DNA of 64,000 nucleotides from contig OX597820.1 in NCBI GenBank assembly GCA_951406725.2, positions 10,602,001-10,666,000 on the forward strand. Reading direction: 5' to 3'. This stretch comes from Octopus vulgaris. Taxonomy: Eukaryota. Below, piece by piece: positions 28,841 to 42,391 of the stretch. The notes under the pieces were generated by a model. The model worked only from the letters and a program-made list of their open reading frames with translations, did no database searches and had not been told where the DNA came from. The position numbers and the translations under genes are program-made. Numbering within the stretch: the first letter of the stretch is position 1; every line of letters begins with the position of its first letter.

Positions 28841-28846
<6 letters not shown>
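25437..28846 (+). repeat. PLE non-coding arm / pseudo-LTR (copy C)
   Basis: Direct repeat of 19733-23182. It ends at AATAAAT and runs into (TA)n. Confidence 0.9.
28779..28829 (+). ncRNA. Type I hammerhead ribozyme (PLE, terminal copy)
   Basis: Identical to 23115-23165. Confidence 0.85.
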
Positions 28847-28901
<55 letters not shown>

Positions 28902-29790
28902 TATATACATATACATATGCACAAATACAATACATATATGATAGTATGTGTCTGTGTATATGTGTATTTTCGTGTGTGTGTGTGTGCGTGCGTATGTTGG
29001 TTATCCATCACGAACTAATACAGCGATAATATGTGTTATTTCTTAGATGCATTGAATAAGTTTCAACATGTTTCAACGGCTTTTGCTGCTTTCATACCCC
29101 ATTTAATTCTGATGAAAATAATGGCTTTAGTCTTCGTGAATATTTCCTCAACTATAGCTTGCTCGTTTGCCTATTCATGCTCCTGCTGTGTTTAGAAGCC
29201 ATAACCTCCCTTATAAATCTGAAATTCTACAAAGCATTATCTTCTACCAATTATTTTCATGCTCCGAAGTGAATTCAGGATCCAAAGCCTTTCATAGAGT
29301 TGTTTTGAAGAAAATATTCTGTCTACCTAATAGTGTGAATTCCCCAACATAATTCCAAATTCACAGCTTGCTTGCTTACGCACAATTATTACAGAGCCTT
29401 CATAGAAAGTGTGCTCGCATAATGTGTTGCCTCTGCGCCCCGGGACTATATTGTTCAGCACCTTTATTCAACCAACGTATTGAAAACCTTTTCGACATTA
29501 TCTACGGGTCACATGCAAGTCGTGAACATTCATTTCAATTTTTTTTTCTGTACAAGAGACGCAGCAATCATAATCTCTGCAGAATTCTTCGTGTTGTCAG
29601 CATCAATACACTTCACGCTAAATTCGAATGCAGAATAGTTAATCTTTACGTATAGAAGTAACACTAGTGGTGATCACCCAGTTATTTGACTACAATATGT
29701 TGCTAGTCACTACGCGAATTCTTCCGATAGGTAATTCAAAGTAAGCTTCGCTGGACGACAAAAATTGTCTAAAGTATATAATAAAAACAA

Positions 29791-30190
29791 AGCGGCGAGC
29801 TGGCAGAATCGTTAGCACCCCGGTGAAATGCTTTGCAGTATTTCGTCTGCCGTTACATTCTGAGTTCAAATTCCGCCGAGGGCGACTTTGCTTTTCATCC
29901 TTTCGGGGTCGATTAAAAAGGTACCAGTTACGCACTGGGGTCGATATAATCGACTTAATCCCATTTGTCTGTCCTTGTTCGTCCTCTCTGTGTTTAGCCC
30001 CTTGTGGGTAGTAAAGGAATAGGTATTTCGCCAGTCGCTACATTCTGAGTTCAAATTCCGCCGAGGTCGACTTAGCCTTTCATTCTTTCGAGGTCGATAA
30101 AATTAGAACCAGTAAAACACTGGGGTCGATGTAATTGACTAGTCCCCTCCACTACAATTTTCAGACTCTGCGTCTGAAGTAGAAAGGATT
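29791..30190 (+). mobile_element. tRNA-derived SINE family D, dimeric
   Basis: A box TGGCAGAATCG, B box GAGTTCAAATTCC. The body repeats after the junction GTAGTAAAGGAATAGGTATTTCG. Confidence 0.85.
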
Positions 30191-30630
30191 ATTAATATTA
30201 AAGAGTACGGAGACTTGTATATCCATAAATTTTGTTTTTCAGAGTTATATACAACATATAATAATGATCTACAAGTGTTTCCGCTTCAGCCACTACTCAC
30301 CATTGCAAATGCAGCCTTGCATTATTGTCGGTGGAGCTTTATCAGGGTCCGTCCATTTGACTATCGTTTCGAACCGATTGAAGTAAATACTTATTATTTT
30401 GTGTTCTGTTGGAGGTGGCGGGAAACAAAGATATACTTCAATCAGCTGACTTAGTGGATGGCCAAATGGCAGGATCCTGATGAAGCTGCACCTACAATAA
30501 TACAAGGTTGAGTATGTAACAGCGTGTAGTCGCTTCAGCGGAAACACGTGTAGGCCATTATAATTTGCTGTATATAACTATATAACAAATTTTGTGGATG
30601 TACAAGCCTTCATACTCTTTACTATTAATA
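30190..30630. mobile_element. Old foldback made of two inverted PLE-type 3' ends, each with a hammerhead motif
   Basis: Imperfect inverted arms (about 30190-30366 vs about 30457-30630). Hammerhead cores at 30266-30349 (-) and 30473-30556 (+). Confidence 0.7.
30473..30556 (+). ncRNA. Type I hammerhead ribozyme with long stem II insert
   Basis: GATC-CTGATGA-A-GCTG...CAGC-G-GAAA-C-ACGT-GTA-GGCC. Intact cores, palindromic ACACGTGT stem III, weak stem I. Confidence 0.6.
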
Positions 30631-31494
30631 TTAGCACGCGCGCACACACACACACACACATACACACACACACACATGCACACACACACACATACCACAG
30701 AAGTATAGAGATTTTAAATCCAGGCTGATACCTTACAAGCGCGCTGTTAAAAGTTCAAATTTGGCTACCCACGTCGTATCTAAGGAAATATTTAGAATCC
30801 TTTAGAATAAACAATTATAGTTCTATTCCATTCAGTCAGCAAGTTCTGAGTTTGTTTCGTAAGATTTCGTGTAGAATTCAGAGTATATTATAAAGGCATG
30901 ATGGGGAATTTGGGGTTATACACCTTTAAAATCTATTGAATTATAATTCTTTTTCTGCATATTAAATTCTGATACGTGTTTCTGCTGTATAAGTGTCTTA
31001 GGATCCTTAGGTGTGATCGTTCAATGCATCTGGTCGATTTATATTAAATTAATTACAGTATAAATTCTGATTCAAAGATTGGCATTATTATATAGCTTTT
31101 TTTAACGTGTTCCCCATATGCGTCTATGAAGCGAACTGAATTTACAAGTATGAAGGATGAATTTCTAAAAGTGGTGAGGGAATATAAGATATAGGTGCAA
31201 AAGATAGTGGAAAGGATATCAACATATGATATGCCTAGAGATCCAGCTACATGTTGTTGCTACTATGCAAAAGAGTCGTATGTCCAAAACGTTGCTTTTT
31301 CAGAAAACCAAAAAAAAAAAAAATAGCTTCACGGTTCCGTAGCAAAACCATTGTGCTACACTTTGAATATTTTTGATATCTTGTCATCTGAAGCAGCAGG
31401 AGATACGATAGTTTGTCGAAAAGAACCAGTTATTATAAGCAAAAATAAATATTGACAAAAACGTATTTGGCCATATTAATTGAGCAGGTGTTAC

Positions 31495-32191
<697 letters not shown>

Positions 32192-32259
32192 ATATATATA
32201 TATATATGTTTATGTACATATAGATATAAGTTCATAAATATATATATACATATATATAC

Positions 32260-32333
<74 letters not shown>

Positions 32334-33052
32334 ACATCTATTAATATGTTTGTGTGTATGTGTGTGAACTGACCGATGATGTCAAATAACTACTGAAATG
32401 TAAATTGACGTATAAATAATACAAAATCTCTTTATATATTATGAATTGAAAAATATCTGAAGATGTTTGTAATACAGAGATTTACTTGCATAACATAAAT
32501 AAATCAAAGTAACTTAACTTTTTTTTCCAAATAGATTTCGTTTGGTTACACACAGATGTCAAAATTTACGAAAGATTTTGTATAAACATATCTTATTGCA
32601 TCAACATTTAAATTATTGAAGATACTGTAAGTTAAGTGAAATAGAAAAGAAAAAAACACAATAAAAAGCTATCGTTGGATATTTGCCATTTGAAAATTAT
32701 TTTGTTTCGTTTTCGATTTGGTTTTGGTTTGTTGTTCATAACTCTGGAACATTGCCAATATGGGGTTTGTCGCAGGAATTAACTGGCAGATATATTAAAG
32801 TGACTGGCGAAAACACCTTTACCGTGTCAAAGGGTAACAACTCTATAGAGAATTTGAGAGTTCATATTTATCGGTGTAAATGTATATATATATATATGTT
32901 TAAGTAGTTGAATGAATTATCCTAGTATGGATAATTCGGTTAACCGATACCCGGGTAGCAAATTTACGTCAGAAAGCATGGTTGAAGCTACATGCCAAGG
33001 GCAGAAATCACGTGCTTTCGTGTGGAAATTTGTGTTTTTTTACTATAGATAA

Positions 33053-33313
<261 letters not shown>

Positions 33314-33435
33314 CTATTCAACACACACACACATACACATATATATGTGTGTGTGTATGTGTATTTATATGTATATGTATGTTTATGTGTATGCATGTAT
33401 GTATATATATATACATATATATATATGTATATGTG

Positions 33436-33494
<59 letters not shown>

Positions 33495-33612
33495 GTGTGT
33501 GTGTGTGTGTGAGTGTGTTCAGTGTGGCTGGCGTGAAACGTAAGTCATGAGACTAACGATCACGTTCAATAAGGAAACCGTATTCTATACCACATGTATT
33601 CAGCATTCTTAT

Positions 33613-33667
<55 letters not shown>

Positions 33668-34429
33668 GTATATACTCGAGTAATGCTCAATGTTATGTAA
33701 TAGACGCCCCTCTATTTTTGACCACAAAATGAGGAATTCTCCATGAACCCCGCATAAAAGTCGACCCTAATATTTCACGGACAACAGGACGGCATTTGTG
33801 GGTCAAGGTACCGTATTATACCGTACGTAGAAATAACGCTGTTCCAAAACTGTGCGGTTATCTTAATGTAGGTGGAATGCTTGGTGCTTATAATAAAATG
33901 CTCGGTGCTTATAGTAAAACACCATTTAATAGCGAGCACTACTCATGTGTGGATGGGTCCTATATATGTATGTCAGTATATCTGTATGTCTATATATTAT
34001 GTAGTCTGATACGATATGGTCTCGAACTCTTTAAGTTGATCACGACTATTACCGGATATTGACGAACAGACACACAATTAAATTCTTATACTGTAAAGAT
34101 TATTTCCCGACATAATCTGGCAGTCCTGGTTAGGACGAATGTTACTGCTATTTAGCGCCAGGAAACATCGTCTCCAGTTGGCTATACGGCACACCACCTA
34201 TGTCCTTATATTTTCTCACAAAGGAGTTTAGCGTCCTCACTCGGCGTAACACAATTTCAGCGTACCGCGGTTTCAGGCTTATTTTCCTTCGTCAGCACAG
34301 AATAACTGCTTGGCAAGAGATGAGACTGCTAAACTCTTGTTCGAAATATATAATTTTCAAAGTGACATGCAGTCACAGATTAAAAAAAAAATGTTCTATT
34401 TGAATTCTTATAGTTATACTCTTTATTCT

Positions 34430-34665
34430 CTTTAGACCCCCTTTTGGCCACAAATGACCATGGGGTTGTACCTAGAAAGTTTCCCTCCGAAGCACATGTC
34501 CGACCAAGTTTGTTTTATGGAAAACCAGTAGCCACCCATGAATACCACTCTCCTCTTTCCCTGCCACCGATGTTGTCCAAGGGAAAGGCAAAGGTCGATA
34601 CAACTTGCCACTAGTGACGTGACGTCGCAACTCATTTCTTCAGGTGACAGAACTGGAGCAACGCG
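34430..34665 (-). mobile_element. SINE 3' fragment
   Basis: 34565-34630 is the reverse complement of the tail segment at 52673-52728. CTGGAGCAACG matches the family C central domain in reverse. Confidence 0.55.
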
Positions 34666-34947
34666 AACCTCTTCACCCTATGGTTTGATTGTGCGTCCGA
34701 CACTCTAATCACTAATCCATGAGCCACCACGCACACATATGTATATATATATATATATATACATATATATACATATATACATATATATATATACATATAT
34801 TATATATATATGTATATATGTATATGTATGTATATATATGTATATATTATATATATATGTATATATGTATATATATATTATATATATATGTATATATGTA
34901 TATATATATATATATATATACATATTATATATATATGTATATGTATG

Positions 34948-35006
<59 letters not shown>

Positions 35007-35571
35007 ATATATATATAATGTGGATTATTAAATCATGTGCACCATGTACAAAATAGTGTATGCTTTCAGACTCTGAAAGTTGGAGAAGTGTTATTTCTGT
35101 CTTATATCCAGAAATCATGTTATATAATCTCTCTACTTTAAATGCCTCGTTATATCTGAAAACTTTTAAAGCTTCAAAGAAATTGCACGATTGATTTTGA
35201 TCTCTTCTACCTCATAAGCCATAGCTAATTATAAAGTTAAAACGCCGTCATGCGCTTATTTTTTATTAACATAAAAAAGAATAATTTCAATATTTTACTT
35301 AATTATGGCCTTTTGCAAATATTCTAAATCAATAATTTACATATTTTTCTGTAAACGAACAACAAAAAGTGGAAGCGTTTGAGTGTGTAGCAGTCCTTAA
35401 TGTTTGTGAAATTATAGATTTTTTAATAAAAAAAAAATGAATATGTTATTTAATGCGCATGTCTGGAGTAAAAAAAATAATCATGTGGAATCTGGAAGAA
35501 AATTTGGAATCTTAATTAACAAGTATATGGGACGGAAGAAATAAATAACAGGAAATACTTAAAATATAAAT

Positions 35572-35775
35572 GCCAACTAAATGTGGCGGTCCCATAGAGG
35601 ACGATGCTACTGTTGTTTTTAGCTCCAGGAGAACATCTACAGCTGGCTAATGACACACTATGTATGATTATTATTTCTGAGGACAGTGTGTCGTTAGCTA
35701 GCTGGAGGGGATGTTCTCCAGGGGCATAAAACATCAGTAGCATCGTTCCTTATGGGACCGTCACATCTAGTTAGC
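35572..35775. repeat. Imperfect ~90-bp inverted repeat (foldback) of a dispersed repeat
   Basis: Arms 35572-35659 and 35685-35775. A solo related copy lies at about 34115-34195. Confidence 0.8.
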
Positions 35776-37186
35776 GATTATATATTATGATTCCACTTCT
35801 CGCTCAGAGATTAAATATTGCTTATTTTTCCTTTTTCGAGAAAATACTTATCTGGAATTTTTTCGACAAATAGCTAACTTTACTGTTATATTCTACTAGA
35901 AGTTGCAGGGCAAGGAGAATAGTAAAACTTGAAACTTATTGTCACAGATTAATTAGCAAATATGTCGTAAATATAGACATTCAGATTATTCGCCATCTTC
36001 GCATTATTTTCTCACAATTCCTCCCAGCTTGTGTTGCCGTCGTCTGTTGATAATAATACTCCTTAAAAACATAAAGGTTAGTTTTTTTTAATATACGTCG
36101 TCAGTTCTTTTATTATGGTAAAATTAGCCTCGTTTATTACTGAATCATCACTGACTCGGGATAACGAGCTACGCTTATTTATGAACCATGCTATGCTTAT
36201 CACAAAATGATCTGTGATAACACGTTCCGCAATCAGTCGAAGATTCTGAGTGTATCGCAAAAAACGCGCCTCAGTGGTCACCCACGATACTCACCTACTT
36301 AGTATGTACTGCTTATCGCTTGTCTATACATGACAGCACTTCGAGGGTGCGTACGTGGAGGGTACGTACCCGTAACTATAAACTTGGAAGCAGTGCAAAG
36401 AAAAATACAAACATGTCTGACCCTAACGAATGATACCGATGAGTGTATTCTCTACAGGAAAAGGTGATCAATCAAGAAACCCACGTGAAAGCTTCGCTGC
36501 TGTCTGTTGCAATGAATCTAAGATGCGTTAAAATTACCAAGGGTGATTCATTTATCACCGATTCATTTATCACTGATTCCTTTATCATGGTATTTCCTTG
36601 GAACCAAACTCTCGTGGTAAACAAAAATAGACGTATTATAATCCAAAAATTTGTAAAAATTCAATTACTTACAATAATATTATTGTTCCCTTCATTCGAT
36701 ATCCCCTTTTATTAGCTATAAACGGGGCGTTGGAACTGGAAGAGGAATTTAGAAATAACTCGCTTTACACGTTCTTGTCCTTGCAATATTTGATACTCAC
36801 CCAAACTGACCATGTCTATAACTCATTCGTAACAGTCCAACAAATTTAAACTCCAGCATGACCGTCAGGTCAAGAAGCCTACATTGCGGTGTCTAGGGAA
36901 AACATTTCATGCTACAGTCCAGATAAATTCAAGTCTGAGTGGAGGGAAATGATGCGGACATCCATCGGTTGGATTGTATCCATTCTTTAAAAGTATTCAT
37001 GATTTTCCACTCTTTTCAACGTTAGAATCATGTCGTTGAGTATCTTTAGTAGAGGCCCTCATGTTGCATGCATTCAAGTTAGCTCTCTTCTTCAGTGATA
37101 AGTTACTTCATCAACTCTATCAGAGTCAGTCTCTATAAAATGGTTATAAGCTTTTGCACTTATTTGCCTATATCACACAAAATATA

Positions 37187-37492
37187 GTGGAGGCACATGA
37201 CCTAGTGGTTAGAGCAGCGGACTCGCGGTCGAGGGATCGCGGGTTCGAATCTCAGACATGACGATGTGTATGTTTATGAGCGAAACACCTAAGCTCCACG
37301 TGGCTCCAGCAGAAGGTAATGGCAAACTTCTGCTGACTCTTTCGTCACGAATTTATCTCACTCTTTCCTCCTGCAACTTGCAGCTCACCTCCGACGGGCC
37401 GGCGTCCTGTCCAGGAGGGGAACCTATACGCCAAGGAAACCGGGAAACCAGCCCTTATGAGCCAGGCATCGCTCGAGAAGGAACAAACAAAT
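37187..37492 (+). mobile_element. tRNA-derived SINE: family A head with family C tail
   Basis: Head matches 7955ff and tail (GGAAACCGGGAAACCAGCCCTTATGAG) matches 48030ff. TSD CAAAATATA at 37178-37186 and 37493-37501. Confidence 0.85.
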
Positions 37493-38381
37493 CAAAATAT
37501 AAATCGCATCGATTCTGATTGTTGTTTTTGGCACCAGGCGAACGAAGCAGCAAGTGTTTGGATGGTTGTTTAGTAATATAGGATTAACTGCATTTATATA
37601 AGTTACATTTACATCAAACTCTCTAGTGTTCTGTGTTTATGGACAAATGTTCTTATAGCCATTCAGAATTACTGTGAGCAAACATACTTAATGATCTTTG
37701 CTCGCGGGAATACATGAGGAATCTATGAGCAAATGTTTACATTGCTGTTGTGATCGATTTAAATACATCCGGCAGTGATCTATTAGGATCTAATACAAAG
37801 CAAAACATTCGAAAAGCAAAGTCCTCTGAAGGTGTGAGACTGCAATATTTATTATATTTAAGTCTTCAGAATTATATCAGTAACTTTTTGTTTGCATTGC
37901 AGCTTTACATAAAATGGAATCTGATGGGATATAACTTGAATTGGTTAGTGTTAAATCTATCTATAATGGCGTTAAGAAGAACCTTTTTGTGGCAATGCGG
38001 TTTCAGTCCCTTGGGCAAGTGGTTTCTCTTATGTCTTAGGGTTGACTAATGCGTGGGCAGAAAGTGAGTAGATAGCTAACTCGCTTTGTGATAATGAGTG
38101 CACCAAACCTCACGTGTGCGAAGGCTCACATTTTTGCGAATGCTTGTATAAGCGATTGTACTGACGCCATGCAGCTTGCTCGAGGGCGTTTATACATTCA
38201 TATGTGTTAACGGTTATTTTAAATACTTTTCTCGCTGGATTGCCTGTTCGGTTCTTTTTTCGTCATCTGTGATTTTATTTTTGATCTTCTATATAAATGA
38301 AGATATTTCTTCTGGTTGGCTGCTTTTCTTTCTACAAGACGGGAATTGCGGAACAGTTATTTTAACAAGTTGTATTCATTT

Positions 38382-38475
38382 ATCACCCGACGAGATACAT
38401 CTGCACCGCCGGATGCTCCTGAACCAGTTGTTGAGTGTCTCACCCAAGATGATGCGTCGAAACAATTGTCGTGAT
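38382..38475 (+). ncRNA. Type I hammerhead-like motif with large stem II loop, PLE-type
   Basis: ATCAC-CCGACGA-GATACATC...GATGCGTC-GAAA-C-AATT-GTC-GTGAT followed by AATAAA. Perfect 5-bp stem I, 7 of 8 bp in stem II, U4 replaced by C in the core. Confidence 0.6.
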
Positions 38476-40067
38476 TAATAATAAATTCTCGTATATTCCA
38501 TCTTTTGTCTTTCATTTTCCATATATATAGACATACATTCACGTGTATATGTGTGTTGGGTGTGTTTATTTGTGTTTCTACTCCCTTGAGAACCAGTGTA
38601 ATCAAGCTACTCGGCTAAAGAGACAGGCAGAATAATTAGCAAATTATCAGACATTGAAAAAGAAAAAGATGTACTGGGGAGATTTGTTAGACTAGCATCC
38701 TTTAAGGCACTCCAGTTTGGGCGTAGTCTAATGACCGAAAGATGTAAAATATGAAGTATCTCAAGGTTAAACATCTATATATATTACCATAGGAGGGCCT
38801 CATACAGAAATGTACATAAAATTTACAGACCATGATATTGTAATATACAATGAAATACAATCTATTACAGGGTTGGGTCACAGGAGACCAGACTGGCGCC
38901 TTTCGGCAGCTGACCACGAGGGGAAAATTGCTACAAACTTAGTAAGACAAATCTAGTAAAAGAATAAGAACCTATCAAAAGAAGATGTAAACGGAGAGGA
39001 TTTATAGAAATACAAATAAGTGGGAAATAACAAGCTGGGAAATAAGTTTGGGAATGATGAGGTACATGTCGTCTAGGAAACAAGGTTTCATAGCCGTGGA
39101 AAGGACGAACTGTCTGCTCTTCCCCAGCACTTATGGGTGAACCAAGGAGTACAAAGCACTAGTGTAGTAGGTAGTAGATACGATCTGGTTGGTGGCCACT
39201 CGGTCGCAGTCAGTAAGTATTAATGATTTCATATAAGGAGGTCATGACTTCGAAAGCCATTTCAGAGTTGGACATCTGATGTATCTGATGTTAAAGATAG
39301 GCACGGACATTGATATGCATTTGTCGATCCAAAATCTCTGAAACCATTGTTGGTGTTAAATTAATTGCTGCCAAAAGCAAGAACTTTTCTCTAAGACAAA
39401 CCACAGTGAAATGGCTTTTTTACAGGTAAAATACGTCCAAGGCATATTTTAACTGACCTGAAATTTTCTTTAGTGCGGGGCATATTTTGAGAGAACTACA
39501 AGTTGTGTCAGATAGATTTATGGTGATTTATGACTGAGTGGAATTTCGATAGACCCTGCATCTTGATAGATGTGCCAGACAAACTCAATTACCATTACCA
39601 TTTGGACTAATTCTACCCTTTTCACTGTTAACATGGTGATACTGAGAAAGCTGCGACCTGAATGACATTACAAAGCTACATAGATTCTGTTGCTATAATT
39701 TTGGTTAGTACCTCTTACTGCTGCCACAGATGAAGACCACTTCATGAACTACGCATAAACAATATTTTTACAAAAAGAAGTTCTATAATTGCATGAAAGG
39801 AAAACATTTCTTTTACCAAAGCTAATTCAATAGACATTTAAATGTTATAGACAGGGAAAAAATCCTTGTTTACAAAAGAAATAAAAAAAAGTTTTCTTTA
39901 AACAAATCGGAAAGCCAAATTTTATAGATGCTTTCTCGAGAGACTTCCTTACACTTCATCGCACAAATATAACGATGATTATTGTGATGATGATAGTGGT
40001 TGTCGGTGGTGGCGGAGTTGGCGGTGTCGGTGACGATGATGATGGTGGTGGGGATGATAAAAAAATA

Positions 40068-40099
40068 ACAATAACAACAACAACAACAACAACAACAGC

Positions 40100-40151
<52 letters not shown>
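40068..40151. repeat. (AAC)n-(AAT)n microsatellite
   Basis: Directly visible. Confidence 0.95.
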
Positions 40152-40689
40152 TGGCAACAACAACCAAGCATAACCTATTTTTGCTCTCTTGACGTTGAAG
40201 TGCATTCTCATCAGTCACACATGGATGAATCTGTGCATTTTAACATTGGTGGGGTGGGGTGGGGGCTTTTCTTTTAACGAACCCACACAACACTCACGCA
40301 AATCCACACAAGACCCGCGCAAACGCACACAAGCCCACATGCCCAAACACAACATAGTCACAGAGTTCGTTAGATACACAACTATTTCCACGTATATTCG
40401 TAAACATACATGAATAAAATATGACGCCATCACGCATAAACCAGGAAGCCAAAAGGGAGAAAAAAAATGGCTACAATCGAGCTGCTGTCAAATTAATTTA
40501 ACGGCGATTGTGCACCGTTGTACTTTCCATATTTTCATTCCTAAAAGCTGGGTCTTTGTTATTTCCTTATCAGTAATGTTTTTTGTAAACTTTTCCCCTA
40601 GTTACCATTTTCCTTTCAACTTGATATCTCGGCTCGATTGAGTAACTAAAATGGTCCAACTCGTCGAAGATTCTATATTCACCTGTCTC

Positions 40690-41341
40690 TGGCGGCGAGC
40701 TGGCAGAATCGTTAGCATGCTGGGCGAAATGCTAAGCGGTGTTCGTCTGCAGTTACGTTCTGAGTTCAAATTCTGCCGAGGTCGACTTTACTTTTCATCC
40801 TTTCGGGGTCGATAAATTAAGTACCAGTTACGCACTGGGGCCGATGTAATCGACTTAACACCTATGTCTGTCCTTGTTTGTCCCCTCTATGTTTAGCCCC
40901 TTGTGGGTAGTGAATAAATACGTATTTCGTCTGCCGCTACGTTCTGAGTTCAAATTCCACCGAGATCGACTTTACTTTTCATACTTTCGGGGTCGATAAA
41001 TTAAGTACCAGTTACGCACTGGGATCGATGTAATCGACTTAATACCCATGTCTGTCCTTGTTTGTCCCCTCTTTGTTTAGACCCTTGTGGGTAGTAAAGA
41101 AATAGGTATTTCGTCTGCCGCTACATTCTGAGTTCAAATTCCACCGAGATCGACTTTACCTTTCATACTTTCGGGGTCGATAAATTAAGTACCAGTTACG
41201 CACTGGGGTCGATGTAATTATACCAAAATGATTATCAAAACCTTTAGAGTTACGCACTGGGGTCGATATAATCGATTTAATCCCTTTGTCTGTCCTTGTT
41301 TGTCCTCTCTGTGTTTAGCCGCTTTTGGGCAATAAAGAAAT
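40690..41341 (+). mobile_element. SINE family D multimer (one head, three-plus bodies)
   Basis: Body of about 180 bp repeated. 16-bp TSD TATATTCACCTGTCTC at 40674-40689 and 41342-41357. Confidence 0.9.
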
Positions 41342-41532
41342 TATATTCACCTGTCTCCCTCTCTCTGTGTATCTCTGTTTGACTCTTTCCCTTTCTGCTG
41401 CCCATTTTTAGATCATATAACATTAAGCGAAAACAACAATGCATTCTATTAAATAAAATATGGCGAAGACGTAAATGCTTTTGGCGTACAAATTATCTTT
41501 CTATCTTGGAATATAAGAGAAAGTGTGTACTA

Positions 41533-42335
41533 AATATTTATTTTCTGCTCTAGGTACAAGACCCGAAATTTTGGGGGGAAGAGGCTAGTCGATTAGATCG
41601 ATCCCAGTACGAAACTGTTACTTACTTTATCGACTCAGAAAGGATGAAAGGCAGAGTCGACCTTGGCGGAATTTGAACTGAGAACGTAACGACCGGTGAA
41701 ATACTGCTAAGTATTTCATCCACCATGCTAACGACTCTGCCAGCTTGCTGCTTTAAATAATCTTTTCTACTATAGGCACAAGGTCCGAAGTTCTTTTTTT
41801 CATGGGGTGGGGTCAGCCGATTAGATCGATCCCAGTACGCAACTGGTAATCAATCTATCGACCTCGAAAGGATAAAAGTCAAAGTCGGCCTTGGTGGAAT
41901 TTGAACTCAGAACGTAAAAACAGACGAAATACCTATTTCTTTACTACCCACAAGGGGCTAAAGACAGAGAGGACAAACAAGGACAGACAAACGGATTAAG
42001 TCGATTATATCGATCCCAGGGCGTAACTGGTACTTATTTAATCGACCCTGAATGGATGAAAGGTAAAGTCGACCTCGGCGGAATTTGAACTCAGAACGTA
42101 GCGGCAGACGAAATATGGCGGAGCATTTCGCCCGGCGTGCTAAGGGTTCTGCCAGCTCACCGTCTTAAATAATCTTTTCTACTCTAGGCACAAGGCACAA
42201 AAATATTTGGGGAGCGGGAGTAGGAAATCGAGTAGATCGACCCCAGCACGCAACTGGTATTTAATTTATCGATCCCGAAAGGATGAAAGGCAATGTTGAC
42301 CTCGGTGGAATTTGAACTCAGAACGTAAAGACAGA
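41533..42335 (-). mobile_element. Head-to-tail array of SINE family D copies
   Basis: Heads end at about 41751 and 42164. The junction TTAAATAATCTTTTCTACT recurs. Confidence 0.85.
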
Positions 42336-42391
42336 CACATTTCTGAACTAAATATAATGTGCGTGTGTATCTTGTATATTTTAATTTTTAT

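Larger units (their letters stand above)
14128..28846. mobile_element. Penelope-like retroelement insertion (probable Naiad clade): inverted truncated copy plus partial tandem, within (TA)n
   Basis: Three near-identical copies of the EN-coding and non-coding region. RT motifs SDKT and LYRDDG, WYNPP, CxCx5CPx4C linker, GIY-YIG-like LVYKC...YIGMT, three hammerheads, and (TA)n on both flanks. Confidence 0.95.

Noticed and set aside
29040-29660. Possible hAT transposase remnant on the minus strand
   Set aside because: Only faint similarity (YSPG, TLCE); not supportable without an HMM search.
33665-33830. CCGTATATACTCGAGTA resembling a Tc2/pogo-type TIR
   Set aside because: No clear matching second TIR.
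38880-39720. Possible old LINE fragment
   Set aside because: I could not recover diagnostic RT motifs by eye.
39870-40277. Poly-Y/C/I/L ORFs
   Set aside because: Translations of (AAT)n/(AAC)n microsatellites.
40690-42335. CRISPR-like or satellite array
   Set aside because: The units are Pol III SINE bodies with no unique spacers, and the context is eukaryotic.
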